Positions 24,696-40,088 of a stretch of 64,000 nt of DNA are shown here, piece after piece; positions within the stretch are counted from its first letter, which is position 1; every line of letters starts with the position of its first letter. Below the pieces are notes generated by a model. That model ran no database searches, had not been told where the DNA came from, and saw only the letters and a program-made list of their open reading frames with translations. Source of the stretch: Hormiphora californensis (taxonomy: Eukaryota > Animalia > Ctenophora); contig CM035356.1 of NCBI GenBank assembly GCA_020137815.1, positions 4,526,001 to 4,590,000 on the forward strand. Direction: 5' to 3'. The position numbers and the translations under genes are program-made.

Positions 24696-27659
24696 TTGGG
24701 GAAAATTTTTCTCCAAGTTTTTGGGAAAGGGGGTTTTTTCCTGTTTAAAAGGGGAAACTTTCCCCCAAAACCTGAAAGTTCCGTTTTAACCTTTTTTCCC
24801 AAGGACCGGGGCAAAAAAGGGGTTTTAATGGTTTTAGGCTAGGGCCCTTGGCCGGATTGATTTGATTTTTAAAAAGGGTCTGTCCCTCAAGATTTTTACT
24901 TGAATTTTGTGGGGAAATTTTGTAATTTTTAAAATTTTTTAGAGCTATTATAAACGGGGCCCTTCCCAAACCCCCCCAAAGAATATTTTTTGGTCAAGTG
25001 GGGAAAACAGCAACGGGGGGGGGTTTAGGAAAACCCACGGTGACAATTGTGAAATTCCTCCAAAAATTAACCCAGGGAACACAACAAAAACAAAAAACAC
25101 CCCAACCAAACAAACGCCCAAACCAACAACCAACACACAGACCCACACCTGGAGACAACCTGTTAAATGGGGGGTTTTGTCTAGCGCCCCCCTCATACCA
25201 ATAAATGCACATAATTCTAGAACCATTCTAACAATGTACTTTAATAGCAGCTGGTACATCCCTGGAGTAGGATAGTTCTAGTTTGATATGTGTAGGGGCC
25301 CCACATCCCCCAAAATTATACCACCATGTAAACATGTTTGTTAAGGGTTGGGGCCTAACCCTCCTACCATGTTTCTTTTGTTTTTTTTAAACATTGGACC
25401 CCAAAAAGGGGTTGGGCACCCCTTAAATTTGGTTTTTCAAATTTAACTGGGCCGGGGGGGGCAAAAAAACTGCCCGCCCCCCCTTTTTTTATCTACGAAT
25501 CGCCCCCCCCCCCCCCGTTTTGAACCGCACTTTTAACGTAAAACAATATATATTTTTTAAAATTTTGAGGGGCATTGCATATCCGCAGCTGCAAATCCAA
25601 TATAGTCTTGTATCAATCCCCCTCTCTAAATATGTACACCATGTATTAATATGTATATGGGTTTTATAATTTGGGATATTGATGAATTTAATGGCTGCAA
25701 CTAGAAATATGGAAAAAGTTAAAATGCTTTATAAACGGGATCTTTTAAAAAAAACATAAAATTTAGGTTTTTTTTTCGGAGGGGGTTCCCCCATTGTGAA
25801 ATTTTGGGGAAAGGACTGGGCTCTGTAAAAACATCCCTTCTTTGGGGCTTTGCAGTAAAAAGTAAAAACCTGTTTTATTATTAATAATTGCTAGATACTA
25901 AAAACCTGGTTTATTAGTTGATAGATCTCTTCAGATCATCTCATGTTTGCTCCTCATTATCTGGGTGCTTGTTTTTGAACATTGTTTCCCCCCTTTTTGG
26001 GGTGTGCAGTACAAACAACAGTTAAAATTTCCAAAACCCAAAAAAAACAACGTTATAATTTTCCCAAACAAACCAAAAAAACAAAGTTAAAATTTCCCAA
26101 AAACAAACAAAAGTTTTTATTCCAAAACAAAAAGACATTTTGAAATTCCAAACAAAAAAAAAACAAAAGTTTAAAAAATTCCGGGCCAAAAAAAGTTATA
26201 AATTCCAAACAAAAAACAAAAAAAACAAACAGTTATAATTCCAAACAAACAGACAGTTATAATTCCAAACAAACAAACAGTTATAATTCCAAACAAACAA
26301 ACAAACAAAAAAAAGTTTAAATTTCCAAACAAAGAAAATTCCTTACCTAGGCATAGCCTAGATAATATTTTTGTACATATTTTGAAAAATTTTGCCATTT
26401 AAATGTTGTTGCCCCGACCCCTAGTGTGATTTTTGTAATGTGTTTCTATTGGATTTATCTCCTGCAGGAAGGGGAAATAAGAAAATAAATGATTTTTTCC
26501 CCAAAAAGGGGGAAAAAAGGGAAGGAGCGGGGATAGAATATAATTTTTTAGGTTTGACGCCCTGTAGCCTAGAAGATCCCACTATAGATGTGATATTTTC
26601 TGGGTGGGGAAACAATAATAAAAATTTTAATAAATTGATTTCTCTTGGGAAAAAAGGGGCCAAATTTTTTTTAATTACCCCTTTTTGTCCCCTTTTGAAA
26701 TCCCTTTCCCTTTTTTCCCCCTTCCCTTTTTTTTTTTGGGGTTCCCTTTAGCCTTCCTTTTTTTTCTCAAATCCCCTTCTTCCTTTCCTCTCTTCTTTCC
26801 CTCTCTCTTTATCCCTCTATCTTTCCCCCCCCCTCTCCCTTTCCTTTTCCCCCCTCTCTCTCTTTCTTTTCTCCCCTTCTCTCTCTCCCCTCCCCCTCTC
26901 CCCCCCTCTCTCTCTCCACCTCTCCCCCCCCTTTTTTTGTATATTTTTTCATCAGTAGCCAAAGTTTTATCAACAAAAAAAAACCCCAATACCCTTTATA
27001 TGTATGTTTGTATGAATGATCAAAGCAGGTTTAAAAACTTCCGACCAAATTTTCTTTTAAAATACCCACTTGGGATGTCATTTCAATTTTAAATTTTTTT
27101 GAATTTTTTGGGGATTTTTGGGGGTTTTGGGAAAAACCAGGATGTCATATTAATCATAATGCTTTTTTTCTTTTGTCTTTTTTTCCCCTTTCTCCACTCT
27201 TTTAAAAATCTCTCTTTCACCCCCCCCCCCCTCCCCTTTTCTCTGCTTTTTAAATTGTCCACTGATTTGCTCGGGTTTGGATTTGCTGGGCGGGGGCCGG
27301 AGCCCCCGCCCCCCTAAATTTAGTCCATCAGCCTTTCCCCCCCCTTTTGTTTTCTCTCTCTTCCCCTTTTCTCTCCTCTCTCTCTCTCTCTCCCCCCCCG
27401 CTCTTTCTCTCTCTCTTCTCCCCCCCCCAATCCCCCCTCTCTTTTTCTCTCTCTCCTTTTCCTCTCTCCCCCCCTCTCTTCTCTCTCTCTCTCTCTCCCC
27501 TTTTCTCCCCTTCCTTCTCTCCTTCCCCCCCTCCTCTCCCCCCCTTTTCCTCTCCCCCTCCCCCCTTGTCTCCCTAGAAAACTTTAAACGCACAGTTTTC
27601 CCCACGGTAAAGTACCCCAGCGGGAAAATGTCGGGAGGAGGATCTGGAATCGTATTGAT

Positions 27660-28142
27660 AATGGGGGGGGGAGGGGGGTTTGGGGGGGGGAGGGGGGGGG
27701 GGGGCCCGGGGGCTGGGGAGGGGGGGGTAATGGGGGGGGGAGGGGGGGGGGGGGGGTAGTTGGGGGCGGGGGGGGGGGGGGAAGGGGGGGGTTGGAGGGG
27801 GGGGGGGTGTTTTAATTTTGGGGAGGGGGGGGGGGGGGGGGAGGGGGTTGGGTTGGAGGGGGGGGGTTGATAAATGGGGGGGGGGGAAGGGGGGGGTTTT
27901 GGGGGGGTTTGGGCCCTGGAGGGGGGGGAAAATGGGAGGGGCGGGGGGGGGGAGGGGGGGGGGGAAAGGGGGGGGGGGGTTTGGGGGGCCGGGGGGGGAG
28001 GGGGGTTTTTGGGAGGGGGGGGGAGGGGGGAGGAGGGGGGATCGGGAGGGGGGGGAAGAGGGGTGGGTTGGGAGGGGGGTAAATACTGGGGGGGGGTGGG
28101 CCAGGGAGGGGAATGGGAGGGGGCGGGAAGGGCGGGGGGCCT
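27660..28142. other. Extreme G-homopolymer block inside a degraded low-complexity region
   Basis: Almost pure G runs, flanked by homopolymer-inflated sequence; probably unreliable consensus. Confidence 0.6.
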
Positions 28143-29542
28143 TTATCGTCGGATAATGGCCCGAATGAGGGCAAGATTTAAATTAACATTTTTTTTGAAG
28201 AAAATCCCAAAAGGAAAAGGTAAAAATTCCCTTTTTGGGTTTCCCCCAAAGCTGCTCCAAGTCCCTTCCCTTATACCCGGGGTAAAAGAGCACCTATTTC
28301 CTAAGGGAAGGGGCCGGGAAACCCAAAAAAAAAAAAGGGAAAGGAGGTAAAGCAAGGGGAAAATCCCCATGAGTCCCCTGGGGGGGGGGGATTTAGTGCT
28401 CCCCCCAGTGCGCATTATTTTAAATGATATAATACGGGGTTAATAGGGCTTTTCGGATTTGGGGGGGGGGGGGTAAATCCTTTACTTCATTAATCACCTC
28501 CAGGGGAAGTTGGGGTGTGGTGCTTTCAAAAAAAAGGGGCTTCTTGGAAGCGGGAATTCTTTACTGGCTGGGAAGTAAAATCCCCTTGCCCCCAAAAATA
28601 CCCTTTGGGGGCAGTTTTTAAAAGGGAATTTTTGGGGGTTTTGTTTTGTTTTAAGCAACCAAGAAAGGGGTTTCCAGTTTCCCAGCCAAGGAAGTAAAAT
28701 TTTAAAATCACCTAGGGCATCAGTAAAAAACAAAAAAAAAAGTTTGAAAATTTTAATTTATTTTAGGATTTTAGGAAAAATTTCCCCCCCCGGCGCAAAG
28801 GGGGAAAAAGGGTACATTAGGGGGGGGTTTAAAATTAAAATTTTTAAAGGGTCCCAAAAGTGGTTTTATTTCAAACAAATTTTTGAAAACTTCAAATTTG
28901 CGGAAACCAAAAAGGGTTTCCAAATTTTTTGGGCCAATTTAAAACCCAAAAATTTTAAAGGGTTTCCAAAAATTTTTAAAAGTTTAAAATTTTAAGTTTT
29001 AAATTTGGGGGGGGGGGGGGGGGTTTAAAAAAAAATTTTTCTAAATTCAACAACAAAACCAAAAAATTTTTACTAAAAAGAAAAAGGGGAATTCAACGGG
29101 GACTCAGTTCCAAAATTCACAAAACGTTCAACAAATTCAAACCCAATTCTAAAATTTCAACTTTTTAACCCTTCAAAGGATTTAAAGGTTCTAAAAATCT
29201 TCAGTTTTTTAAAACAGATTTAATTTAAACTTCAACGGATTCCCTTAAAACCCGGGATTCAAAAATTTCAAGCAGAAAACAGATTCTAACAGATCCTAAC
29301 AGATTCTAACAGATTCTAATAGAATGTTGCTGTGTTTTAACACACTCTCTTCACAATATTGTTACTAAAATTAGTAACACACACATCTATTATTGTAATC
29401 AGAATGGAGAAGGATGTAGCAGACTGCCACTATTAATATTACAGTGAATGTAGGCCAACCGAACATACCTTGTTGTACTGCGGAGCGTGGCCTATATCAT
29501 ATACCACGTGACGCATACAGTGCACTCTGTATCAGTTCTCTC

Positions 29543-29629
<87 letters not shown>

Positions 29630-30443
29630 ATCTCTCTCTCTCTTTCTCTATCTCTCTCTCTCTGTACACATATATCTACTCTCTTTTGCCTATTTACATG
29701 TGTGTTCCTCACAACGTTGTATCTGCCTCTAAAATTGTCCTCACCACCGCTCCTGCACAATATTTTGAAAATATTATTTTCACAGCGTCGCCACACACAC
29801 ACATCACGTCAACAGCTGCTCCTTCATAAAACTTTACATCGCATCGTTTCAGTTCCCCTGGAAATATAAATTTGACGTTATGCAACTGTGTCCTAGCGTG
29901 TATCCTAGATTTAGAACAAGTCTACAGTTTTACATTCCTAGAATTTTTCAACTTGTTTCAAATTTAGTGCATTATCTAGGATTTGCCCCTCCCTCCCTAT
30001 TTAGCTTTTAAACTAACTACTCGGTTTTTAGGTAGATACCTCAATTATTATACTTAGTCCTTCCTAACAATCTAGATCCTTTCAAACAAATCGAATATAT
30101 TCCATTATTATTACTCTGATAGTTATTAACCATGTAGTATTTAGTATGTGGTGTTAGGAAGTGCACGTGGTGTTAGGAAGTGCACGTGGTGTTAGGAAGT
30201 GCACGTGGTGTTAGGAAGTGCATGCTAAATAGAATGGAATGCACCCATGTAAATACCACTTACTACTACTAGTAGTAGTAAATATCAGTTTACCATTTTA
30301 CTCAATAACAGGATTATAGGGAGGGGTAGAATATAGCTGACAGTACAGTACAGTTAGGGCGTGTTAGAATTTTAATTTCGGAACAAATATATGTCCCAAT
30401 ACTATAATATCGACCTCGATAGCTACTCAACTTAATGAAACTT

Positions 30444-30550
30444 AGCTCGTCAGGCCCAACTAATAATATTAGTAGCTCGTCAGGCCCAACTAATGATATT
30501 AGTAGCTCGTCAGGCCCAACTAATGATATTAGTAGCTCGTCAGGCCCTAA
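30444..30550. repeat. About 29-bp tandem repeat x4 (a 19-bp x3 repeat lies at about 30148-30222)
   Basis: TAGCTCGTCAGGCCCAACTAATGATATTAG repeated; GTGGTGTTAGGAAGTGCAC repeated. Confidence 0.8.
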
Positions 30551-30828
30551 TAATAGATGAGGAATGTGATGTAGTTTCCTGGAATTAAAAAGGAATTAAA
30601 AAGTATTGTTATTCACCTATTTAAATGGCTACTGGGAATTCATTTTACCATATAATTCGATGAATTGGTCGCCCAGATCATTCCATTGTCTCCTGCTGTT
30701 GCAGCCCTTGTATTTGTTGTACACTATGTTACCTTATCACGCCCTCTCTTCAACACGCCCATCAGATGTGTTATGGAGACGCTGCAGAAATGTGCAGAAC
30801 TGTTCCTTTCCTGTAACAAATCTATTTT

Positions 30829-30940
<112 letters not shown>

Positions 30941-33900
30941 TGAAATAGAAAAGAGAGCACACATTTGATGGCTCTCTATCCCGTTGTTTGATCATGGGAG
31001 CCAGGAGAGAGAGTAAAACTATGCAGTAGGTACCTGGAGAAAGAGAGAATGAGAGAGAGAGAGAGGGAGAGGGAGAGGAGAGGAAAGAAGGGGGGTAAAG
31101 CTTCCCGTAGGTAGTGTGCGGTCCTTTCTCGTGTGAAAAATCTTTATCATACAGCTATTATGGGAAAGTAGGGCAGGGGAGTGATTCAACTCGCCTTTCT
31201 CTCCAACCCGGGGGGGGTTTTTTTATTTTACCCCAAAAAATTCCACGGCAGTTTTATGGGCCTTGCATACGTCTAAAAAACGAACTCTCTCTTTCTCTCT
31301 TCTATCTCTCTCTCTTCTTCTCTCCTTCTCTCTCTCTCTCCCCTTCTCTCTTCTCTTTTTCTCCTCTCTCGCTCTCCTCTTTTTCTCTCTTTTTCCTCTC
31401 TCTCTCGCTTTCCTCTTCTTCCCCTCTCTTCCCCTTTTTCTCTCTCTTTCTCCTCTCTCTCCTCTCTCTCTCCTCTCTCTCTCTCTCTCTTTTCTCTCTC
31501 TCTCTCTTTTTTTTCCTCTCTCCCTCGTTCGCAGGTCGTTTCAAGCGTAAAATTAGTGCAAGACAGAAATAGCATTTTTTTTTCCTTTCCCCCACGCATT
31601 TGACACAAACCTTTCATTTGGCTCTCCCCTTGTGTGTCTTCCGTCTTATAGGCGGTGTGGGTTGCTGACAGTTCGGGCCTCTTTTCCCGGGCCCGATTTC
31701 CCGGGGGATAAACTTACCCCGGTTATTAGGAAATTGCCAGTTTTGACGATTTTTCCGGAGTGGGGGAAAGGGTTTTGCTCGGCAAATTTGGGGTTCCGGT
31801 AAATATTGTTTTAAATTTGTAATAGGGGAGTTTGTCCTTTCCGGTAAACGGGGGTCCGATAAAAATTAATCAAAATCCGTTAAACGGGGGCCGACTGTAT
31901 ATACCGGTTTGTTGTTAGGTGTTTTAGAAAAGTTTTAAAATTCCAAAAGGGGAGACAGTCGGAAAACTTTGTTTTTATGACTTTTTTTTTTTGTGGGGAA
32001 ACCTTGTAGGTTTCAACCGCCGCGGTATTGGGGTATTTTTTTTGCAAGAATTTTTGTTTTTCGATTCAATTATCATAGGGGAGTGACATAAAGGGTTCGC
32101 TACCCCATTCCATATATTTTTTCCATTAAAAAAACATTTAGTTTAGTTTTTTTACAATTATACACGTCATTAAACTTTATAATTGCCCCCTTCAAAACCG
32201 TTGTTTTGGTTTTTGTTTTTTGCTTTTGTGTCGCATTTTTTTTTTATCTCTTCACCCCCCCCCTTTTTCCCTTTTCCACTCGTATACTTCTATCTTTTTG
32301 TCCCCCCCCTGCCGGTCATTTGGCAATATTTCCCCCGCCCCACCCCCACCCGCCCCCCCCCACCCACCTTCCCAATTTTAGGGGGGCTTAATATACTGCA
32401 AAATACAGAGGAAAAATTGTTTTGGGGCCACTAAGTCGTTATGGGCTTGAAACAATTAACAAATGTTCTTAGTTTTTCCCCCCAAAAAGATTGGTTTTCT
32501 AGAACTTTAAGGGGTTTGCTACTTCGGTCCAACCCCCTTTTGTGTTTGATGGGTTCTCGTTTATTTTTTATATATCTCTGGGAAAAAACCCTCTCGTTCA
32601 TTTTCCCCCAAAAAACATCCCCGGGGTACCAATCACCCATAAAAAGCGGGAAGTTTGTCGGGCCGTAAGTTTGTTTTTTTTAAAATTAGATAAAATCTAA
32701 AAAAGCCCTGGCCCAATTTTTTTTATAAACCCTTCATCCCCCCAATACTCGCTCATTCGTTCTTTTTTCAAGATGTAAAACAATCAATTCACTGATTCAT
32801 TTTACATTCCAAACCCGGGTTATTAAAATTTTGTTAGTTTTTATTTTCCATTCTTTGGCATCCCTTATTATTTTATTGATACAAAATCACCGGGAGCATA
32901 TTAGTAAAATGTTTCTTGTGCTACATTTACCCAAAAAAATTTTTTGGGTTTATTTTTCCATTGTTCTTGCAAAATTTATTTAGAATTGGACGGAAAAAAA
33001 GAATTTTCATCTACCCCCACCTTTATTATTTTAAGTTGCGAATGAGCCCTATTATGGGCAAAAAGGGTATGAGAAAAATTTAAATTTTTACGATCTAGAA
33101 GAATTGATTTCATTTTTCTTTCACCCAAGGGCAGGACCCCCGAAGACAGAAGACGATTTGGTGGGGATTCCGAAAGGTGATCCGGGCACTATGCTGTCTC
33201 GCCTGTTCGGCGAGACTGGGTGTGGGACTGGTTTTCAGTCCCCGGGTGAGGGGGTCCCAAAAACCAAAAACCCCAAAACCCAAACGTCATTTAAAAGTTC
33301 CATGCTAAAAACCCCGGAAAAACCCCTTAACAATCGTGGGAATAACACTTGGAAAAACCCCCTACTACCTAAAATAGCAACTAAAGCAAAACGGGGTGAG
33401 TTTTGAACAAAAAGCCCTTTTGAGACTATTATATTAACTCCGATAATATATCCTTTAACACGGTTCATATATGAACTTGAATTAATATCATAGCGGTCCC
33501 TAACATGAACTATATTTGAGGTAAAACCCGAGGAAAAAGGGGCCACGTAAAAGTTTATCTGGGGGGGGAAGATTTTTTGGGGGGAACAGGACCCGAGTCC
33601 CCTATAAATGGAAAAAATTTGTTAAATTGGGAGTTTTGGGAGCAAGTTTTATGTTATAAATTCTTGCTAAATACCCCCCCCCCCCCCCCCCCCTTGGTTA
33701 TAATTTGGATCTAAGTAGCCTTAAATGGCACTAAGTTGGTTTTTTTAATCGGAAAAATTTCTTGGGGGGGGTAGTGGCCCCCAAAAAGGGAATGAATTTT
33801 AGGGTTTTGGGTTATTTTAAAAAGTCCCTTGGGGTTTAGGGGAAATTTCCCAAAACCCGGGTTTTTGGTGGTGGAAAATTTTTCGGGTAATTCATGTTCT

Positions 33901-34928
33901 CTCAACAGTTAGTACTCGAGAGGGTGATGCACAAGCCACTGGAGCATGGTGGTGGTTATATTATATTCCATACTTACGTAAAAGCAGCAGCGGGGGAAGT
34001 ATTTTGATCGTGACGTCAAAACTGAAGAACCACCATGAGCAAAACTATCTCTCTCTACTCTAACTCTCTCGCTCACATATATCCTCTCTCCCTCTCTCGC
34101 GCTCTCTCTTCCTCTCTCTCTCTCTCTCTTCTCCTCTCTCTTCGGCATGGTGCACAACTATCAAGGCAAACGTGTCACGCGGGGGGGGGGGGGTGACTCT
34201 TTAATTCAAGCTTTGCATACCATTTCAGGTTTCTAATGCCCTGCTGTCGGGGATTAGAGGAAGCGAGTTCCAGTACGTGGCTTCTACCATGGCAGGAACT
34301 TGTTATCTTCCAATAGTTCATGGCAGGAGCTAAGTTTGTTATCTTCCACTTGTTCATTTCTACCATGGTGGCAGGAGCTAAGTTTGTTATCTTCTACCAT
34401 GGCAGAAGTTTGTTATCTTCCACTAGTTCGTGAGAATAAATTTATTGCTGCTACCATGCAGCAGAAAGAAGTTGGGATCTTTCCCAATAGTCCATTAGTT
34501 GAATCACCATGTTATCTAATATCTTCCACTAGTGAGTCTTTGAATACCATAGCTCTCGTTATAATTATACCACTACGTCAATACTTTTTGCTTCTCATCG
34601 TATATCCATTTACAATTTAACTTGCTTCATCGCTTCCTTCCCTTCCTTCTTGTTGGAAGCTTTCGAGATCAATCACTCTCGTTCATCTCGGCTGCGGCCC
34701 TTTTTTTGATTAATATGATGTCTCATGTGCGAGCTCTTCTAAAGTCCGATGGATCCATTCAGAAACATAGGAAAAGATAGAGAGAGCGAGAGAGAGGGAG
34801 AGAGAGAGAGAGAGGGGGAGAGAGAGAAGGAAATAGAGAAAAATATACAGGAAAGGATAGAGAGCAAGAGAGAGAGAGCATGCAATTGCATCCGGTTTAA
34901 TTTTCGAAAGAGCAAAGAGAGCTCATGG

Positions 34929-34965
<37 letters not shown>

Positions 34966-34970
34966 CTCTA

Positions 34971-35008
<38 letters not shown>

Positions 35009-35299
35009 ACTTCTATCTCTATCGCTATCTATTCTCCTCTCTCTATCTCCTCTCTCTCTCTCTCTATCGCTCTATCTCTATCAATCTCGTATATGCTCTG
35101 CTTCTCGACTCTCTCTCTCGCTCTCTCTCTATCTATATCTCTCTCTCTCTCTCCTCTCTCTAGCTCTATCTCGGTTGGACGTTTGTTGCTATAATTACCT
35201 CTCATCATCTCTAGAGGATGTTTGCTCGAGTCCTGTCCTCGATCAGCTCATCAGTGGGAACACAAAACATGATTAACCCATAATAGTGTGACATTCATT

Positions 35300-36185
35300 C
35301 TAACGTGGTGGCAAAAAAAATGTCACCCCTAGACTAGCATAGTTCCAGATATCGTAGAGCTCTAAAATTTGCAAGTTACTCTAGGGGAAAATAAATAAGG
35401 CCACAAAATTCGGCACTTTTAAGCTCAAAGGTCATTTTTTGATCCGGAATGACATTGTTATTCGTCCAAAAAACATGATTTTTCGGTCCACAGAAGACTA
35501 AGCAATTGTCTTTGGATATCGATTTTCTTCAAATGCGACCAAAGAAAAAGCCAAAACGGACAACCACAAGGAACACATGGTCAGTGTTTTTGACAGTTAG
35601 TAGGTCATGTGATCCCCACCGAATCGTGGAATGTATTTCAGAATTGAATCTAGCTAGTGGTGGAGAATCAAGTAATCACAGCTGCTAATGAGGATGACGA
35701 ATTGACTTTGTCATGAGACCCGCAGTCATTAACAACGTGCCTCTCTATTACCCAACGTGATGCCGAATCATCATGTCGTTTTGCGATACAAATACCTCAG
35801 TCGCGACTGGAACGTGATTCTTCCCCAATAAGCATGATTAGCAACTCCACGAGTCGTGGGGTTAACATGACCTGGCATACGGTCGAAACATGACCAGTGG
35901 TGCCTGTGGTGTCCCGTTTGGCTGGTCTGGTCGCTAGCATTTGAAAGAACACGAGAGCCAAGACAATTGAATTGGGCTTCTGCGGACCGAAAATTCAGTT
36001 TGTGGAATGAATACCAATGTTCATTCCCGTTAAAAAAAAAATGAACTTTGAAGCTAAAAGTCTCGAAAATTTTTGGGGGGGAACGTATTGTTATTGTCCC
36101 ATAGAGTCACTGTGTTAAATTTTAGAGTCACGATATCGGAACTATGATAGTTAGGGGGACATTTTTTTTTTGCCAAACACGTTAG
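35300..36185. mobile_element. Degenerate foldback element of about 0.9 kb
   Basis: CTAACGTGGTGGCAAAAAAAATGTCACCCCTA at the left end pairs with TAGGGGGACATTTTTTTTTTGCCAAACACGTTAG at the right end. Internal blocks also pair (e.g. CGGTCCACAGAAG with CTTCTGCGGACCG). Confidence 0.65.
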
Positions 36186-38874
36186 TTGTCAGGATTTTCT
36201 GTTTGATTTGGAAGATCACTTCTTTTGGTTTCCGAAATGTCGGAAGGGAAGTCAGGGAGGAAGTCCAGCTTGCACGATTATAAGTCTGAAACTCTGGAAA
36301 AGTTCTCGAAAAGATGATTGAATAGAGATTAAGGTAAAATTTCAAGATCTGCTAGATTATAGGAGAAGGTGCATGTTTATAGGGGAGGGGGGGGGTGCAT
36401 AAAGAAAAAGCAATAGCAGCCCCTTGAGTCACGAACTAACGTGTGGGTCGGTGGATTGTGACAGCTGGGTGCGTGATAGGTTATCCGTATTATAATCTTT
36501 GGGGCGCGTCGGTTCAATAATTTTCCCTTGATCTCATTCTTTCGACTTATATTGCTGAATGGATGACCTTCAAATATTTATTGGAAAATTTAAAAAAAGG
36601 GGTTTTTTTAAAAAAATTTTAAAAAGGAGGGGGAAAAAAAACCCCCCCCCGCTGCCTGGGGTCTTTGTTTTAAATTACCCCCTGGCGGATAAACTGGTGC
36701 CCCCGGGCCCTAAAAACTTCTAAATCCCCATCGATTTATACCTCAAAATTTTTATAAGAATTTTGAAAAAGGTCGGGGTTTAATTTTTGGGGGTGAGAAA
36801 AAAAAAATGCAGCCCTTTAAAACCCCCAATTTGGGGGGTTTATTTCCCAGTGGTGGTTATAGGCCAAATCCTTTTTTTTGGGGCCCCCGGGGCCAAAATT
36901 TTTTTTTCCCCACCGCTTATTTTTTTGGGAAACCTAAATTTTTTGTTTAACGAAAAAAGGAAAGGGAACCCGTTATTTTTAAAACCTTTCCCGTTATTTA
37001 ACCCCTAATTTCGGGGAAAAAAATTTTTTCCCCCTTTTGGAAATTTCAATTTCCCCCTTCCTTTCCCCCCTTTCCCTACATCCCCGCACCCCCCCCCTTT
37101 CCCCCGGGCCAAACTTTTTGGGGCTTCCCCCCTTCCCTTTTTTGTTCCCCCTTCATATTTTTTTTTCTTACCCTTATTTTTAAAAAAGGTTTTCCCCCTT
37201 TCTCTCTTTCTCCCCCTCTTCTCTTTCTCTTTCCCTCTTCTCTCCCCTTCTCTTCTCTCCCCTTCTCTCTCTCCCCCCTCCCCTCTTTCTCTTTTCCCCC
37301 AAATCTGTGAATGCCTAAGGTTTCTTGCAACCCTAAGGGGAGGTTTTTGTGTGTTCACCCCCTCAAAAACTAGAAGAAAGAGGAGAGAGAGAGAGAGGAG
37401 AGAGGAGAGAGAGAGAGAGAGAGAGAGAGTGAGAGGAGAGAGCATAGAGAGAATGAGAGAAAGTAAAAACTAGAGTAGTGTTTGGAGAGAAAAACCCCCC
37501 AAAGCCCTCTCTCTCGGATAATGCACACAATGCCACAGTAAACTGTAACAAAACTGTTTTGTAGTAAAACAAGAATTGTTCATTTCAGCTGTTGTTGTTT
37601 GGGTGTTTAAAAAAATTGTCCTTGGGTGGTTTTTTAAAAAAAAATGAGTTTTGAAAGAAAAAAAAAAGGGTTTTTCCTACGGTATTCCTAGCATTTTTTG
37701 GCTCCAGTCCTATAGGTTGGGGATGTTCCCCGGAAAGTATGTTAGGGGGGTTAGGGCCAATTTTTAAACAGGGATGTTTTAAACTACGATTTTCCCAAAA
37801 TTTGGGGATCATGAAATTTTTCCTTCCAAAAATCGAATCCGGTCCCCTAAAATAAGGATATGGGCTGCTCATTTTACCCGCTGGGGACTTAGGGGGCATC
37901 CTCTGGGAGCTCCAGGGACCTTTAACTTTTGAATAGAACCCTTCGTTTTAGGGCTATCACTCCTTAAACAGAGTTCACTCAAAACGCCAGCTGCAGACGT
38001 TTTTGACAGAAAACAATGACCGTGAGAAAAAGCCAATAAAGGACAGTCTTGAAATCGGCCTAATAACACTAGAATAGACCTTTCTCTACCACGTAGGACC
38101 ATCAATCGCATTCAGGTGGCCCATCTGGGTCCAAGAAACATGATTTTGCGAGGTAGCCACTTTTTGCGCTGAAAATCAATGTTAATTTGTCGATTTGGCG
38201 TCCACATAAGTTGTCATAGGGATGTCTGAGCATCATTCTGATGCCTGTAACTCACCACACTACTTCATAAGGGATCAGAGATGACTCTTCTGAGGTTAGA
38301 TGGTTTCGAGATGGTTTTGGGCAGGTACAAAATGGGCCAAAGTAAGTTTTAAGATCGTTACAAGACTGGCCTACCAAATTCACCTATAGCTACCCTTCTG
38401 TATGGGCACGTAGATCCCTGACCTATAGGAATGGTGCCAAGGATGTCAGAAATACCGTAGGACCGTTTGTTTTCTTTCAAATGATCAGTTTTTTTGAAAA
38501 AACCACCGAAGGACAATATTTATGGAACAACCTAATACCATGATATTTACAGACTAGTCTATTTGTTAATTAGTTAATTTAAGATGAACTGCTAAAAGCG
38601 AAGTTCTTTGTGCGAATTCCTGAGACATGCAAGTCGGCTGTGCTTATATAATGAGAACTTAAATCTTCGTTGTTGTTGAGCCCTCTTATCTTTTCTGGTG
38701 CAAATTGTGACATTCCTTTCATGGAAAAACTAAATTCTAAAATTAGCTCAAGGATATAAAAAGCTAAAATAACTTGCAGATATTTTAACCCCGAGACATG
38801 ATCTTGTATTAAACTTGTACCCGTATTTGAGCATGATTGGGGGTTATGCTGTATTTCCCCGTGCTCTCTCTCTA

Positions 38875-38917
<43 letters not shown>

Positions 38918-39093
38918 GCCTCTCTCGGGGTTAAATGGTTAACTGAGCTGTCATTTCAGTATGCACGCTCTCTACTTACGTCACTAGCGGAGAAAGAGAG
39001 AGAGAGATGGAGTGAGGGGGCATACTAAAGAGATGCGGTTGGAGAAAAGAAAGAAGAAATTTTGAGACTGCCCGCAGTCTGACATGCCCTGAG

Positions 39094-39258
39094 AAATGAA
39101 ATGCTCCTAAAAACTAAGATAAAATGAAATGTTCCTAAAACTAAGATAAAATGAAATGTTCCTAAAACTAAGATAAAATGAAATGCTCCTAAAACTAAGA
39201 TAAAATGAAATGTTCCTAAAACTAAGATAAAATGAAATGTTCCTAAAACTAAGACAAA
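39094..39258. repeat. 27-bp tandem repeat, about 6 copies
   Basis: Unit AAATGAAATGTTCCTAAAACTAAGATA. Confidence 0.9.
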
Positions 39259-40088
39259 ACTGGCTGATATTGACTCTTGACAGGAAGTCTTGAAGGAACT
39301 TCATACCATGTATTAGAGCAAATCTGAATTTTGTTGGATTTATTATAATCCATAACAATTTGATGTTGTCTTTCTCAGTCTCGTTTTAAGTGAAAGACAA
39401 CTGCCAAAATCCACGTCAAGGAAGAGACATTACTAAATATGGAACATTTTAAAAGTTTCAACCAAAAATGGCTAAATTTATTTTTGGTTTCATTTAATCA
39501 GGGTCCAGTAATATAAATAGTAACTGAATATAAATAGTAACTACTATAATATCGTACCGTGACCAACTAAGGTCATCTCACCTCAAAAATCCTCTAAAAG
39601 TTAAGCAATCAGGCCCACATTGAACCGGCCTTAGTAGGACAACTTACTAGTTCAAGTTTAGTAGTTGAAGAGGGACCCACTATAATAGTAGGGTGATTTA
39701 GTAGTTGAAGAACATTTGAAAATAGCTCACGTTCAGCTGCTCCTCGTCTACTGGGTAGTTTACTGATTTTATTAACTCATTCGAAATATAACTCACTATA
39801 TAATAGAGTACTAGAGAGGGCGTACTAGAGAGAGGTTCTAAGACGAAAAGAATTTCGAATCATTCCGGTATTGAGAAGTGTGATGCAAATGATGATCACT
39901 AACAAATTGTTGTGTGATCCAAATTAGTTATCCAAATTGACCCAAATTGAACTTTATGGCTGTGAAGCTGATTTTTCCAAAACCCCTCCCGGTTTTACCA
40001 ACGGTAACAAATTCCTTTGGACATACCAAGAATACTATGGGCACGTACAGATTAAATTAAACTTGGATTCTAGGAAAAGAGCGTTTAA

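Noticed and set aside
27812-28350. Gly-rich or Pro-rich (extensin/collagen-like) ORFs
   Set aside because: They come from poly-G runs in degraded sequence and have no periodicity or splice support.
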